A DNA stretch of 64,000 nucleotides. It comes from an uncultured Thermus sp. GTDB lineage: Bacteria > Deinococcota > Deinococci > Deinococcales > Thermaceae. Made by a program: the position numbers and the translations under genes. The stretch covers positions 128,001 through 192,000 of the forward strand of contig CAMTVD010000014.1 in the NCBI GenBank assembly GCA_947085095.1. The letters are read 5' to 3'. This document shows, one piece after another, positions 52,815 to 62,731 of the stretch. Each line of letters begins with the position of its first letter. The first letter of the stretch is position 1. The notes under the pieces were generated by a model. The model was given only the letters and a program-made list of their open reading frames with translations, was not told the origin of the DNA and made no database searches.

Positions 52815-53888
52815 TTAGGCCATCTCCACCCGGTTTTTCCCCCGGCGCTTGGCCTTATACAGGGCTTCATCCGCCCGGCGGAGAAAGGAGAGGGGGGAGT
52901 CGGTGGGGTTGGCTTGGGCTACCCCGAAGCTGGCGGAAAGCCTCTCCACGGGGGGCACTTTCAGGGCGGCCACCGCCTGGCGCAGGCGCTCGGCCAGGCG
53001 CAGGGCCTGGGGTAGCCCCGTCTCGGGGAGAAGGACGGCGAACTCCTCCCCCCCCAGGCGCACAGCGCGGTCGCTTTGGCGGAGGTGCTGCTCTAGGCAC
53101 TGGGCCAGGGTCTTGAGGACCCGGTCCCCCACCTCGTGGCCGTGGGTGTCGTTCACCGCCTTGAAGCCGTCCAGGTCCAGGAGGATGAGGGAGAGGGGGC
53201 GGCCGTAGCGCTTTACTCGGAAAATCTCTCTTTCAACTACCACCTCTAGATAGCGCCGGTTTCTTAGCCCGGTGAGGAAGTCGGTGTAGGCGTCCAGCTG
53301 GGCCTCGAGGTACCCCTCCTTGAGGCGCACCAGCAGGTAAAGGAGGCTCACATAGGCGATGTTGGCCCCCAGGAACTGGGCCAGGGCGTTGAGGTGCGCC
53401 GGGGTGTAGTGGCCGCGGAAGGCTCCCAAAAGGGCCAGGAGGAAAAGGGTGAGGAGGTAGAGGAGGGCCAGGCGGAAGGCCCTCTTTGTGGGGAAGAAGA
53501 GGTAGCCGGAGAAGTAGAAGAAGGGCACCCAGAAGGCGGCGGGGGAAAGGCCCTGGGGATTGGGTTTCAGAAGGAGCTGGTAGCCCAGGGTGCTGAGGAG
53601 GTAAAGGGCGACGAGGGAGTGGGCGGTGGGGAGGATCCACCTGGCCGAGCGGGGGAAGCGCCAGAGGGCCGCAGCCAGGATCCAGAACCCCCCGGCCAAC
53701 AGGGGAAGGAAAGCGCGGTCCACGGGGTCTAGGTTCACGGCCTGGGAAGCCCAGAGGGCCACCAGGGCCAGAAGCCCCCCCATGGGCAGAAGCCAGAGGG
53801 CTATCCGCCGCCGCACCGGGTTCAGGGGGTCTAGGAGTTCCAGGGTAGGGTGCAAGCGATTCTCAGTATAGGATATTCCCCGGGCCAT
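52815..53888 (-). CDS. Membrane-bound diguanylate cyclase
   Basis: Six TM helices; DFLTGLRNRR, DLDGFKAVNDTHGHEVGD, RQSD I-site, GGEEF. Confidence 0.93.
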   Translation of the reverse strand: MARGISYTENRLHPTLELLDPLNPVRRRIALWLLPMGGLLALVALWASQAVNLDPVDRAFLPLLAGGFWILAAALWRFPRSARWILPTAHSLVALYLLSTLGYQLLLKPNPQGLSPAAFWVPFFYFSGYLFFPTKRAFRLALLYLLTLFLLALLGAFRGHYTPAHLNALAQFLGANIAYVSLLYLLVRLKEGYLEAQLDAYTDFLTGLRNRRYLEVVVEREIFRVKRYGRPLSLILLDLDGFKAVNDTHGHEVGDRVLKTLAQCLEQHLRQSDRAVRLGGEEFAVLLPETGLPQALRLAERLRQAVAALKVPPVERLSASFGVAQANPTDSPLSFLRRADEALYKAKRRGKNRVEMA

Positions 53889-53932
53889 ACCCTTATCCTG
53901 GCCCGGCCCCCTTAACGGAGCCTTAACGCCCT

Positions 53933-55825
53933 TTAGTCCTCCAGGTAGGTGTACCCCTGGAGCTCCCTGGCGTAGCGTTCCAGAAAGGCCCCTTTCTCTG
54001 CGGGGGAGAGGCGGCTTTGCCGCACCAGGCGCTCCACTCCCAGCATCAGCTCCCGGGCGGTGAAGCCCATCTTCTCTATGACCTTCTCCGCCGTCTCCCC
54101 GGGCGCAAAGCGCTCAATGGCGAAACCCTCCTCGTCCACCTCCACATGGGCCTCCCCCACCTGGCCAAAGAGGTTGTGGTTGGAGCCCAAAACGTCCTGG
54201 TAGGCCCCCACCAGGAAAACCCCCAGGTAGTAGGGTTCCCCGGGGCGCACGGGGTGGACGGGAAGGGTGGCGCGCACGTCGTGCAGGTCAATAAAGCGGT
54301 CTATCTTGCCGTCGGAATCGCAGGAGATGTCCACCAGGGTGGCCCGGCGGGTAGGGGGTTCCTGCAGGCGGCTTAAGGGGACGATGGGGAAGAGCTGGTG
54401 GATGGCCCAGGCATCGGGAAGGCTTTGGAAGATGGAGAAGTTGCACACCAGCTTGTCGGCCAGAAGCTTCTCCAGGTCCTCAAACTCGTCCGGGGCGTAG
54501 GGGAGGCCCTGGATGATGGTGTAGACCCTGCGGGCGATGTGGTAGAAGATCTCCTCCGCCAGGGCCCGGTCCTTCAAGGAGACCAGGCCCAGGTCGTAGA
54601 GGGTCTGGAGGGTTTCCTTGTCGGAAAAGGCATCGTGGTAGACCTCGCGGAAGTTTTTGGCCGAGAGGCTTTCCAGGCTCTCCCAGAGCTCCTTCACCAG
54701 GGGGTGGGCTTCCTCCCCCGGGGCCTTGGGCCTTTCCTCCCCTGGGGGGGTGATCACGTCAATCACCTGGAGGATGAGCACCTCGTGGTAGGCGGTGACC
54801 GCCCGCCCCGACTCCGTCACCAGGATGGGGTGGGGTTCGCCCTGGGCCTCCACCACCTCCTTGGTCACGTAAACCAGGTCCTCGGCGTACTCGGAGAGGG
54901 TGTAGTTGGCGGAGGCGTAGAAGTTGGTCTTGGAGCCGTCGTAGTCCACGGCCAGCCCTCCGCCCAGGTTCAGGTAGCGGAGGGGAGCCGAAAGCTTCCT
55001 CAGCTGCACGTAGGTCTGGGCCGCTTCCCGCACCGCGGCCTTGATCCGCCGGATGTCCGTGACCTGGCTGCCGATGTGGGCGTGGACCATGACCAGGGTG
55101 TCCAGGAGGTCCGCTTCCTTGAGGATCTCCACCGCCCGGACGATCTCCGGGGTGGTGAGGCCGAACTTGGCGTTCTCCCCCCCCGAGGCCTCCCACTGCC
55201 CCGCCCCCTTGGCCTTGAGCTTGTAGCGGATGCCCAGGCTGGGCCGCACCCCGAGCTCTTGGGAGAGGCGGATGACCCGGGGGAGCTCGGCGAACTTCTC
55301 CAGGGTGATGACCACGTTGCGGCCCAGCTTCTTGCCCATGAGGGCCAGGCGGATGAAGTCGTCGTCCTTGAAGCCGTTGATGGTGATGAGGGCCTCTTTG
55401 GAGAGGTCCTGGGCCAGGATCAGGGCCAGCTCCGCCTTGCTCCCCGCCTCGAGGCCGTAGTGGTACGGCCTTCCCGCCCTGGCCACGGTTTCTAGGACCA
55501 GGCGGCGCTGGTTCACCTTGACCGGGTAGACGCCGCGGTAGCCCCCCCGGTAGCCGTACTTCTCCATGGCCTTGAGGAAGGCCTCGTTCAGCTCTTTCAC
55601 CCGGGCCTCGAGGATCTGGGGAAAACGGAGGACCAGGGGCAAGGGCCGCCCCTCGTCCCTGAGGGCCTCCACGATCTCCAAAAGGGAGGCGGAAGGCCCC
55701 TTGGGGCCCAAGGGGGTTACCTCCAGCTCCCCGTCCTCGCCCACGCGGAAAAACCCCATGCCCCAGTAGGGCACCAGGTAGATCTCCTCGGCTTCTTTGG
55801 GGGGAAAGCGCTTGGCCGTCTTCAA
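53933..55825 (-). CDS. speA: Biosynthetic arginine decarboxylase
   Basis: YPVKVNQ, LEAGSKAEL, HIGSQ, GGGLAVDYDG, DISCDSDG, GAYQ. Confidence 0.97.
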   Translation of the reverse strand: MKTAKRFPPKEAEEIYLVPYWGMGFFRVGEDGELEVTPLGPKGPSASLLEIVEALRDEGRPLPLVLRFPQILEARVKELNEAFLKAMEKYGYRGGYRGVYPVKVNQRRLVLETVARAGRPYHYGLEAGSKAELALILAQDLSKEALITINGFKDDDFIRLALMGKKLGRNVVITLEKFAELPRVIRLSQELGVRPSLGIRYKLKAKGAGQWEASGGENAKFGLTTPEIVRAVEILKEADLLDTLVMVHAHIGSQVTDIRRIKAAVREAAQTYVQLRKLSAPLRYLNLGGGLAVDYDGSKTNFYASANYTLSEYAEDLVYVTKEVVEAQGEPHPILVTESGRAVTAYHEVLILQVIDVITPPGEERPKAPGEEAHPLVKELWESLESLSAKNFREVYHDAFSDKETLQTLYDLGLVSLKDRALAEEIFYHIARRVYTIIQGLPYAPDEFEDLEKLLADKLVCNFSIFQSLPDAWAIHQLFPIVPLSRLQEPPTRRATLVDISCDSDGKIDRFIDLHDVRATLPVHPVRPGEPYYLGVFLVGAYQDVLGSNHNLFGQVGEAHVEVDEEGFAIERFAPGETAEKVIEKMGFTARELMLGVERLVRQSRLSPAEKGAFLERYARELQGYTYLED

Positions 55826-55841
55826 TCCGGTTCAACCTCCG

Positions 55842-56399
55842 CTATGAGTGTAGGGCCTGGGCCAGGGCTTGGGAAGAGGAGAAGTAGGCGAAGCCCTCTC
55901 CCTCCTTTAGGCTTGGGGGGTCCAGGAGGTAGAGGAGGGGGCCTTCCTCGTTCACCAGGGCGTAACCCCTTTCCCGCAGAAAGGGCCTTAGGGCCTCGGG
56001 GGCCTGGAAGAAAAGGGGTACCGGGCCCACCTCCCCCATGACCTCCTCCAGGAGGCCCAGCCACGGGACGAAGCCCGCTTCCTCCACGCTCTCGGGCACC
56101 AGGAGGCGCACCGCTCCCCGCTTTTCGCCGAAAAGCCGGAAACGCCTCAGGAGGCGCCTCAGGGTTCGCCTTTCCTCCCCCGTGGGCCTGTAGGTGAGGT
56201 GCTTGTGGCCCATGACGCTGAAGCGAAACCCTTCCGGGGCCAGGGCCCGTAGGCGGCTCAGGGTTCCGGGATCGGGCACCCGGTGCCACCAAGGAAGCTC
56301 CACCGTGGCGAACCTTTCCCGGTAGGCCTTGAACCCCCCGGGAAAGCCCCGATAGCCCTGGAGCCCCACTTTGATCTTGCCGGGTGGTTTCAGAGCCAT
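55842..56399 (-). CDS. DUF72-like protein (short, divergent)
   Basis: YRERFATVEL..W..VP...APEGFRFSV..HK.LT resembles the DUF72 N-terminal half. Confidence 0.65.
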   Translation of the reverse strand: MALKPPGKIKVGLQGYRGFPGGFKAYRERFATVELPWWHRVPDPGTLSRLRALAPEGFRFSVMGHKHLTYRPTGEERRTLRRLLRRFRLFGEKRGAVRLLVPESVEEAGFVPWLGLLEEVMGEVGPVPLFFQAPEALRPFLRERGYALVNEEGPLLYLLDPPSLKEGEGFAYFSSSQALAQALHS

Positions 56400-57085
56400 G
56401 CCTCCAGGAAAGCCCGCCCTACCCGGGCCATCAGGGGGGTGATGGTGTGCCCCGCTCCCTCCTCCACGAAGCGGGCCAAACGCCCTTCGGGGTAATGGGG
56501 CCTCAGGGCTTCCACCGTCCTTTCCATCCTTTCCAGGGGTACGATCAGGTCCTTGGTGCCGTGGAGGTGGAGAAGGGGCACGCCCCCGTAGGCCTCCCCC
56601 TTGAGGGCCGGGGGAGTCTGGTAGAGGGCGGCCACCCTTGGGTCCTCTAGCCTTTGTCCCTGGGGGAGCTTCATGGGGAAGCCGCTCCCGATGAAGGCCA
56701 GGGCCGCCTGGGGGCGGAAGCCCTGGGAGAGGAGGAGGTGGACCACGAAGGCCCCCAGGCTCCCCCCCGCCAGGAAAAGGGGAAGGGGGTAGCGGCTTTG
56801 GGCCTCCTCCGCCACTCCTTTCGCCTCCTCGGCGAAGGCCAGGGCCACCTGGTAGACCTCCTCCACGTAGTGCTCGCTCTTGGCGGAGGGGGGCCTGCCC
56901 CGCTCCCCGTGCCTTGGGGCATCGGGGGCCAGGAGGAGGAAGCCCGCCTCCTTGTAGCCTGGAAGCAGGGAGAGGATGAGCTCCTTGGAGCCCTGGAGGC
57001 CGTGGAGGGCGAGGAGGAGAGCCTTGGGGCTCTCGGGAATCCGGGCGAGGACGGGAAGGCCGGCGAGGACGAGGCGCTCTTCCAT
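56390..57085 (-). CDS. Alpha/beta hydrolase (esterase)
   Basis: LHG, DAPRHGER, GGSLG, HGTKDLIVP, GAGH. Confidence 0.9.
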   Translation of the reverse strand: MEERLVLAGLPVLARIPESPKALLLALHGLQGSKELILSLLPGYKEAGFLLLAPDAPRHGERGRPPSAKSEHYVEEVYQVALAFAEEAKGVAEEAQSRYPLPLFLAGGSLGAFVVHLLLSQGFRPQAALAFIGSGFPMKLPQGQRLEDPRVAALYQTPPALKGEAYGGVPLLHLHGTKDLIVPLERMERTVEALRPHYPEGRLARFVEEGAGHTITPLMARVGRAFLEAWL

Positions 57086-57087
57086 GG

Positions 57088-58020
57088 TCAGGTGAAAAGG
57101 CTGGAGACCGACTCTCCCCGGTGGATGCGCCAGATGGCCTCGGCGAAGAGGGGGGCCACGGCGAGGGTCTTCAGCTTGGGACCTTCTTTCGGGGGGCAGG
57201 TGTCGGTGGCGGCCACCTCCTTCACCGGGCTCTTGGCGATGCGCTCCAGGGCCGGGCCCACGTAGACCCCGTGGGTGGCGGCGGCGTAGACCTCCTGGGC
57301 TCCGGCCTGCATCAGGGCCTCCACCGCCTCCACCAGGCTTCCCGCGGTGGAGATCTCGTCGTCCACGATCAGGGCCGTCTTCCCCTTGACCTCCCCCACC
57401 AGCATCCGCACCCGCACCTCGGTGTCGGAGACCCGCTCCTTGTCTATGAAGGCCAGGGGCAGGCCAAGCCTTCTCGCCAGGGAGCTGGCCCTTTTCAGGT
57501 CCCCGGCGTCCGGGGCCACCACCACGGCGTTTTCCAGGTCCACCCGGGTGGCGAAGTGGTTGGCGATGACGGGTTCGGCGGAGAGGTGGTCCACGGGGAT
57601 CTTGAAGAAGCCGTGGACCTGGGGGGAGTGGAGGGTCATGGTGAGGACCCGGTCGGCCCCGGCGGTCTGCAGGAGGTCGGCGATGAGCCGGGCGGCGATG
57701 GAGATGCGGGGGGCATCCTTCTTGTCGCTGCGGGCGTAGGAGAAGTAGGGGATGACCGCGGTGACCCGGGCGGCGCTGGCCCCCTTGGCGGCATCCACCA
57801 TCATGAGGAGCTCCATGAGGTGGTCCTGCACCGGGGGGGTGAAGGACTGGACGATGAAGACGTCCCCTTCCCTGAGGCTCTCCTCGTAACGCACGAAGAG
57901 GTTATCGTTGGCGAAGCGCTGGGTGGAGCTCCTGCCCAAGGGAATGCCCAGGGCCTCGGCGATGGCCTGGGCCAGGGGCCGGTTGGACTGACCGGAAAAG
58001 ATCAGCAAGGGGCGGTCCAT
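57088..58020 (-). CDS. prs: Ribose-phosphate pyrophosphokinase
   Basis: [39 protein letters not shown]. Confidence 0.97.
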   Translation of the reverse strand: MDRPLLIFSGQSNRPLAQAIAEALGIPLGRSSTQRFANDNLFVRYEESLREGDVFIVQSFTPPVQDHLMELLMMVDAAKGASAARVTAVIPYFSYARSDKKDAPRISIAARLIADLLQTAGADRVLTMTLHSPQVHGFFKIPVDHLSAEPVIANHFATRVDLENAVVVAPDAGDLKRASSLARRLGLPLAFIDKERVSDTEVRVRMLVGEVKGKTALIVDDEISTAGSLVEAVEALMQAGAQEVYAAATHGVYVGPALERIAKSPVKEVAATDTCPPKEGPKLKTLAVAPLFAEAIWRIHRGESVSSLFT

Positions 58021-58051
58021 GCCGTCCCCCAAGATACCATGCCCCCGAATC

Positions 58052-58078
58052 GGGGTCCCCGCCGCGGTGGGGTGGTTA
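58052..58078 (-). repeat. Truncated copy of the REP-like hairpin
   Basis: Minus strand TAACCACCCCACCGCGGCGGGGACCCC: left arm and tail of the 6951/7041 element, starting at the M24 gene stop codon. Confidence 0.5.
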
Positions 58079-59206
58079 GAGGGGGGTGATGGCCTCCTGG
58101 AGGGGAGTGGTCACCTCTGGTCCCTGAGGGTGAAGGTAGACATCCACCTCCGTGCGCACGCCGAAGCCATCCAGGTATACCCCCGGCTCCACGGTGAAGG
58201 CTAAGCCCGGGACCAGGGGGCGGAAATCCCGGGTTTCCAGGTCGTCCAGGTGGGGGCCGGAGCCGTGGACCTCCTCCCCCAGGTTATGTCCCGTGCGGTG
58301 GCGGATATAAGCCCCATACCCCATCTCCTCCAGAATCCCCCGGGCCACCCGGTCCACCTCGTACCCCCTGGGGTGGCGCCCTTCCCGGTAGGCCTTTTCC
58401 ACGAAGGCGATGGCCTCGTCCCGGGCCCTTTTGACCGCCTGGAAGGCCCGGTGGGCGGCCTCGCCCACCCCGAGCCCCGCCATCCAGGTGAGGTCGGCGT
58501 ATACCCCATCCGGCTCCTTGGCCCACAGGTCCAGCAGGACCACCTCCCCCGCCTCGAGGCCCTTCTCCCCCGGGGTGTGGTGGGGGTGGGCGCTGTTCTT
58601 CCCAAAGGCCACCATGGGGGGGTGGTCAAAGACCAGGCCCAGCCGCCCCAGGACCTCGGCCATCCGCGCCTGGACTTCCCTTTCCGTGGCCTTGGGGTTT
58701 TCCCGGAGGAAGGCCAGGCCCGCGTCTTTGGCCTGGACCAGGCCGGAGGCCGCCCGTCTGTGGGCCTTTAGCTTCTCCTCGTCCCAGGTCTGGAAGAGGA
58801 GGAGGAGGGGCCAGGAGGAGGCGGGCTCGAGGCCCATCCCCCTGAGGAGGTCCAGGGTGCCCCCGTCCACCCGGGAGAGGTAGGGGATCCGCCCCCCGGG
58901 CACGTACTCCAAGGCGATGCGTCCATGGCCCTCGAGGACCTGGGCAAGCCCCTCCAGGAAGCCCTGCCAGGTGTGGTAGGCACGCCGCTTCCCGGGAAGG
59001 GAGGGGAGGAGGCTCGCTTCTATGGCGTGGCAGAGGAGGGTGGGCTCCCCCTCCTGGGGGAGGAAGTAGGCCAGGCGGCGGGTGAGGTGAAGGTGGGCCA
59101 GGCCCAAAACCTGAAGGGCCACGGGGTTGCTCCGCCCAAAGGAGTAGAGGAGCCAGCCATCAAACCCCTCTTCCCTTAGCACCGCCTGCACGCGGGACAC
59201 GTCCAT
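58076..59206 (-). CDS. M24 family metallopeptidase (Xaa-Pro peptidase-like)
   Basis: [33 protein letters not shown]. Confidence 0.93.
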   Translation of the reverse strand: MDVSRVQAVLREEGFDGWLLYSFGRSNPVALQVLGLAHLHLTRRLAYFLPQEGEPTLLCHAIEASLLPSLPGKRRAYHTWQGFLEGLAQVLEGHGRIALEYVPGGRIPYLSRVDGGTLDLLRGMGLEPASSWPLLLLFQTWDEEKLKAHRRAASGLVQAKDAGLAFLRENPKATEREVQARMAEVLGRLGLVFDHPPMVAFGKNSAHPHHTPGEKGLEAGEVVLLDLWAKEPDGVYADLTWMAGLGVGEAAHRAFQAVKRARDEAIAFVEKAYREGRHPRGYEVDRVARGILEEMGYGAYIRHRTGHNLGEEVHGSGPHLDDLETRDFRPLVPGLAFTVEPGVYLDGFGVRTEVDVYLHPQGPEVTTPLQEAITPL

Positions 59207-59287
59207 GCCCCCATCCTAATCCCTTGGAACCTGCCTCACCTTTCCTCACCCCCGCCGTGCTAGCCTTACGGATAGGGAGGTTGAGGC

Positions 59288-59668
59288 ATGGTAGAAGCCC
59301 AGGAAGCGGTCATCCGCATCACCCCCCTGGCGGCGGAAAAGGCCAAGGAGATCCTGGCCCGCTACGGCAAGGAGCACGCGGCCATCCGCCTCTACATCAA
59401 GTCTGGGGGCTGCTCGGGTTTCCAGTACGGCATGGCCGTGGACGAGCGGGAGCTGGAGGGGGACACCCAGGTGGTGATGCACGGGGTGCGCCTGGTGGTG
59501 GACCAGAGGTCCCTCCCCTACCTGGAGGGCTCGGAGATAGACTGGGTGGAAAGCCTCATGGGGGGTGGCTTCACCGTCCATAACCCCAACGCCGCCAGCA
59601 CCTGCGGCTGCGGCCACTCCTTTCGCACCAAGGACCAGGAGGGGGAGGCCCGCACCTGCGGCCACTAG
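59288..59668 (+). CDS. A-type Fe-S cluster carrier (HesB/IscA family)
   Basis: [20 protein letters not shown]. Confidence 0.95.
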   Translation: MVEAQEAVIRITPLAAEKAKEILARYGKEHAAIRLYIKSGGCSGFQYGMAVDERELEGDTQVVMHGVRLVVDQRSLPYLEGSEIDWVESLMGGGFTVHNPNAASTCGCGHSFRTKDQEGEARTCGH

Positions 59669-59720
59669 GCCTTGGGGAACCCTGGGGACCTGGCTTCAGG
59701 TTCCTTTAACCTTTTCCCCA

Positions 59721-59748
59721 TTGACCCTCAGCGCAGCTGGCGTATAAT
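59721..59748 (+). promoter_or_regulatory. Promoter of the peptide ABC operon
   Basis: TTGACC-16bp-TATAAT. Confidence 0.75.
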
Positions 59749-59794
59749 ACCCTTGGCCACTTAAGGGAGTGCCGCAAACAGGAAAGGAGGCCGC

Positions 59795-61642
59795 ATGAGA
59801 AAAGCAAGCAAGCTGGCTGTACTCGGTATAACGGTCCTGGGCCTGGCCCTGGCGGGGCCCGCGGACAACAGCCTCATCGTAGGGACTTCCCAGGAGCCCA
59901 GGGTGCTGGCGGGGGATTTCTTGAGTGTCATCTCCAACCAGTCCATTAAGGCGGAGATGGAAAACTACCTCTTCGTCCCCTTCATCACCCTGAACCTGGA
60001 CGGGCAGAACACCGCTGTCCTGGCCACGGAGGTGCCCACCATCCAGAACGGCCGGGTCCGCTTTGCGGACATCGGCCAGGGGCGTAGGCGCCTGGAGATT
60101 GACATCACCATCCGGCCCGACGCCCGCTGGTCCGACGGCCGCCCCATCACCACCGAGGACGTCCAGTTCTACTTTGAGGTGGGTAAGGCCAAGGGCATGC
60201 CCGTCCTCAACCCCGACTACTGGGAGCGGGTGAACCTCCGGGTGCGGGATGCCCGCAACTTCACCGTGATCTTTGAGCCCGCCTACGCCACCGACCTCAT
60301 CGGGAGCCCCATCGGCTACGCCCCCAAGCACATCATGGGCGCGGCCTGGGAGCAGGTGAAGCGCCAGACCGCAGGCCTGGACCCCACGAGGGACGCCGCC
60401 CGGTTGGCGGAGATCTACCGCAAGTTCTTCACCGACTTCTCCACCCCCGCCTACCTGAACCAGGGCAAGATGGTCTACTCCGGGCCCTTCGTCTTCCGGC
60501 GCTGGGTGCCCGGGAGCACGGTGGAGATGGTGCGCAACCCGCAGTTCCCCATCACCCCTCCGGGCGGGGCCGACAGGTACGTCCAGAAGGTGGTTTACCG
60601 CTTCATCCAGAACACCAGCTCCCTCCAGGTGGCCATCATGGGCGGGGGCATCGACGCCCTCTCCCGGGTGGGCCTCACCTTTGACCAGGCGCGGGCGCCC
60701 CAGCTGGTGCAGCGGGCTCAGGGGAACTTTGACATCTGGTTCGTGCCCGGGGCCATCTGGGAGCACATCGACGTGAACCAGTTCGCCAACGTCCCCAGGG
60801 TGCGGGAGCTGGGTCTGAACGACAAGCGCACCCGCCAGGCCCTCCTCCACGCCATCAACCGCGAGGGCTTCGTCCGCACCGTCTTCCAGGGTCTGCAGCC
60901 CGTCTCCCACACCTGGATCGCCCCGGTCAACCCCCTCCACAACCCCAACGTGAGGAAGTACGAGTACAACCTGGACCGGGCCCGGGCCCTCCTGGCGGAG
61001 ATGGGCTGGCGGCCGGGGCCGGATGGCATCCTCCAGCGCACCGTGGACGGCCGCACCGTGCGCTTTGAGATCGAGTGGGTGACCACCGCGGGCAACGTAG
61101 TCCGCGAGCGCTTCCAGCAGTTCGTGGCCGAGGACTTCCGCAAGATCGGCATCGCCGTCCGGATCAACAACGCCCCCAGCGCCGTGGTCTTCGCCGACGA
61201 CTTCATCCAGCGGGCTTCCGAAGGCCGCTGGACGGGGATGTTCATGTTTGCCTGGGTCTCCGGTCTGGCGGAAAACGGGGACCTCTTCGCCTGCCGCTTC
61301 CGCCCCACCCGGGAGAACAACTACCAGGGCCAGAACGTGGGCGGCTGGTGCAACGAGGAGTACGACCGCCTCCGGGACCAGGCGGTGGTGGAGTTTGACC
61401 CCGCGAAGCGCAAGGCCCTCTTTGACCGGATGCAGGAGATCTGGGCGGAGGAGGTGGCCTCCCTGCCCCTCTACTTCCGCGCTGACCCCTTGATCGCGCG
61501 TAAGGGCCTGGTGAACTACGTGAGCGCCGCTTACTCCGGCGGCAACAACTACCCCAACTGGGAGCCCTGGACCATCGGCTGGGCGCAGCGGGGGGCGGAG
61601 AAGCGCTGGGACCAAGCCAAGTACGCCCTCACCATCCGCTAG
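59795..61642 (+). CDS. Peptide ABC transporter substrate-binding protein (family 5)
   Basis: Signal peptide, WSDGRPITTEDV, SGPF, RQALLHAINR; AAAGGAGG RBS. Confidence 0.94.
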   Translation: MRKASKLAVLGITVLGLALAGPADNSLIVGTSQEPRVLAGDFLSVISNQSIKAEMENYLFVPFITLNLDGQNTAVLATEVPTIQNGRVRFADIGQGRRRLEIDITIRPDARWSDGRPITTEDVQFYFEVGKAKGMPVLNPDYWERVNLRVRDARNFTVIFEPAYATDLIGSPIGYAPKHIMGAAWEQVKRQTAGLDPTRDAARLAEIYRKFFTDFSTPAYLNQGKMVYSGPFVFRRWVPGSTVEMVRNPQFPITPPGGADRYVQKVVYRFIQNTSSLQVAIMGGGIDALSRVGLTFDQARAPQLVQRAQGNFDIWFVPGAIWEHIDVNQFANVPRVRELGLNDKRTRQALLHAINREGFVRTVFQGLQPVSHTWIAPVNPLHNPNVRKYEYNLDRARALLAEMGWRPGPDGILQRTVDGRTVRFEIEWVTTAGNVVRERFQQFVAEDFRKIGIAVRINNAPSAVVFADDFIQRASEGRWTGMFMFAWVSGLAENGDLFACRFRPTRENNYQGQNVGGWCNEEYDRLRDQAVVEFDPAKRKALFDRMQEIWAEEVASLPLYFRADPLIARKGLVNYVSAAYSGGNNYPNWEPWTIGWAQRGAEKRWDQAKYALTIR

Positions 61643-61657
61643 GCGTGGTATAGTCAG

Positions 61658-61688
61658 GCCTGCTGGGGGTTTCCCCAGCAGGCTTTTT
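61658..61688 (+). terminator. Intercistronic intrinsic terminator after the binding-protein gene
   Basis: GCCTGCTGGGG-GTTT-CCCCAGCAGGC-TTTTT. Confidence 0.8.
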
Positions 61689-61710
61689 GCCGACGGAAAA
61701 AGGAGGTGGC

Positions 61711-62721
61711 ATGTTCGCTTACGTGGTACGAAGGCTTTTTCAGATGATCCCTTTGCTCCTGGCGGCTTCCTTTGTCATTTTCGCCCTTTTGGCCCTCCAG
61801 CCGGGGGACCCCTTGGACGAGGTGCGGATGCAAAACCCCCGCATCACCGCCGAGCAGCTTGCGGCTTTGCGCAAGGCCTACGGCCTGGACGACCCCATCC
61901 ACATCCGCTACGCCAAGTGGCTCACCCGGGCCCTGCAGGGGGACCTGGGCTACAGCCGCACCTACGGCATCCCTGCCGTGGAGTACATCTTTGAGCAGCG
62001 CCTGCCCCGCACCCTTCTCCTTTCGGGCCTGGCCCTTCTTCTGGCCCTGCTGGTCTCCATTCCCGTGGGGGTCTTCTCGGCGGTGCGCCAGTACACCTTG
62101 GCGGACTACACCATCACCTTCCTTGCCTTCATCGGCCTTTCCATCCCCAACTTCTTCCTGGGCATCCTCCTTCTTTACCTCTTCGCCGTGCGCCTGCCGG
62201 AGCTCATCCCTGGTTTCCCGCAGTTCCCCACAGGCGGGGTTCCCCCCTTTCTCTTTGAGGAGGTGCGCCGGGGGTTGGTGAGCCTGGGGACCTTCTTGGG
62301 GCTTTGGGCCTGGCACCTGGTCCTCCCGGTGCTGGTCCTGTCCACCTCCTCCATGGCGGAGTGGACCCGGTTCATGCGGGCCTCCCTCCTGGAGGTCCTC
62401 TCCCAGGACTACGTTCGCACGGCCCGGGCCAAGGGCCTTCCCGAGCGGGTGGTGCTCTACAAACACGCCCTCAGGAACGCCCTCATCCCCATCGTCACCC
62501 TGGTGGGCCTGGCCATCCCTGGGGTGATGAGCGGGGCGGTCCTCACCGAGACCATTTTCAGCTACCCCGGGATGGGGCGGGCCATTTTTGACGCTTTGGT
62601 GGAGAAGGACTACAGCGTGGCCATGGCGGCCCTGGCCTTTTTGGCCCTGATGGTGGCCCTCTTCAACCTTTTGGCGGACCTGGCCTACGCCCTGGTGGAC
62701 CCCAGGATCCGCTACAGCTAG
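61711..62721 (+). CDS. Peptide ABC permease (OppB/DppB-like)
   Basis: PGDP, GDLGYS, DYVRTARAKGL, HALRNA, ETIFSYPGMG, DPRIR. Confidence 0.95.
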   Translation: MFAYVVRRLFQMIPLLLAASFVIFALLALQPGDPLDEVRMQNPRITAEQLAALRKAYGLDDPIHIRYAKWLTRALQGDLGYSRTYGIPAVEYIFEQRLPRTLLLSGLALLLALLVSIPVGVFSAVRQYTLADYTITFLAFIGLSIPNFFLGILLLYLFAVRLPELIPGFPQFPTGGVPPFLFEEVRRGLVSLGTFLGLWAWHLVLPVLVLSTSSMAEWTRFMRASLLEVLSQDYVRTARAKGLPERVVLYKHALRNALIPIVTLVGLAIPGVMSGAVLTETIFSYPGMGRAIFDALVEKDYSVAMAALAFLALMVALFNLLADLAYALVDPRIRYS

Positions 62722-62731
62722 GAGGCAACGC

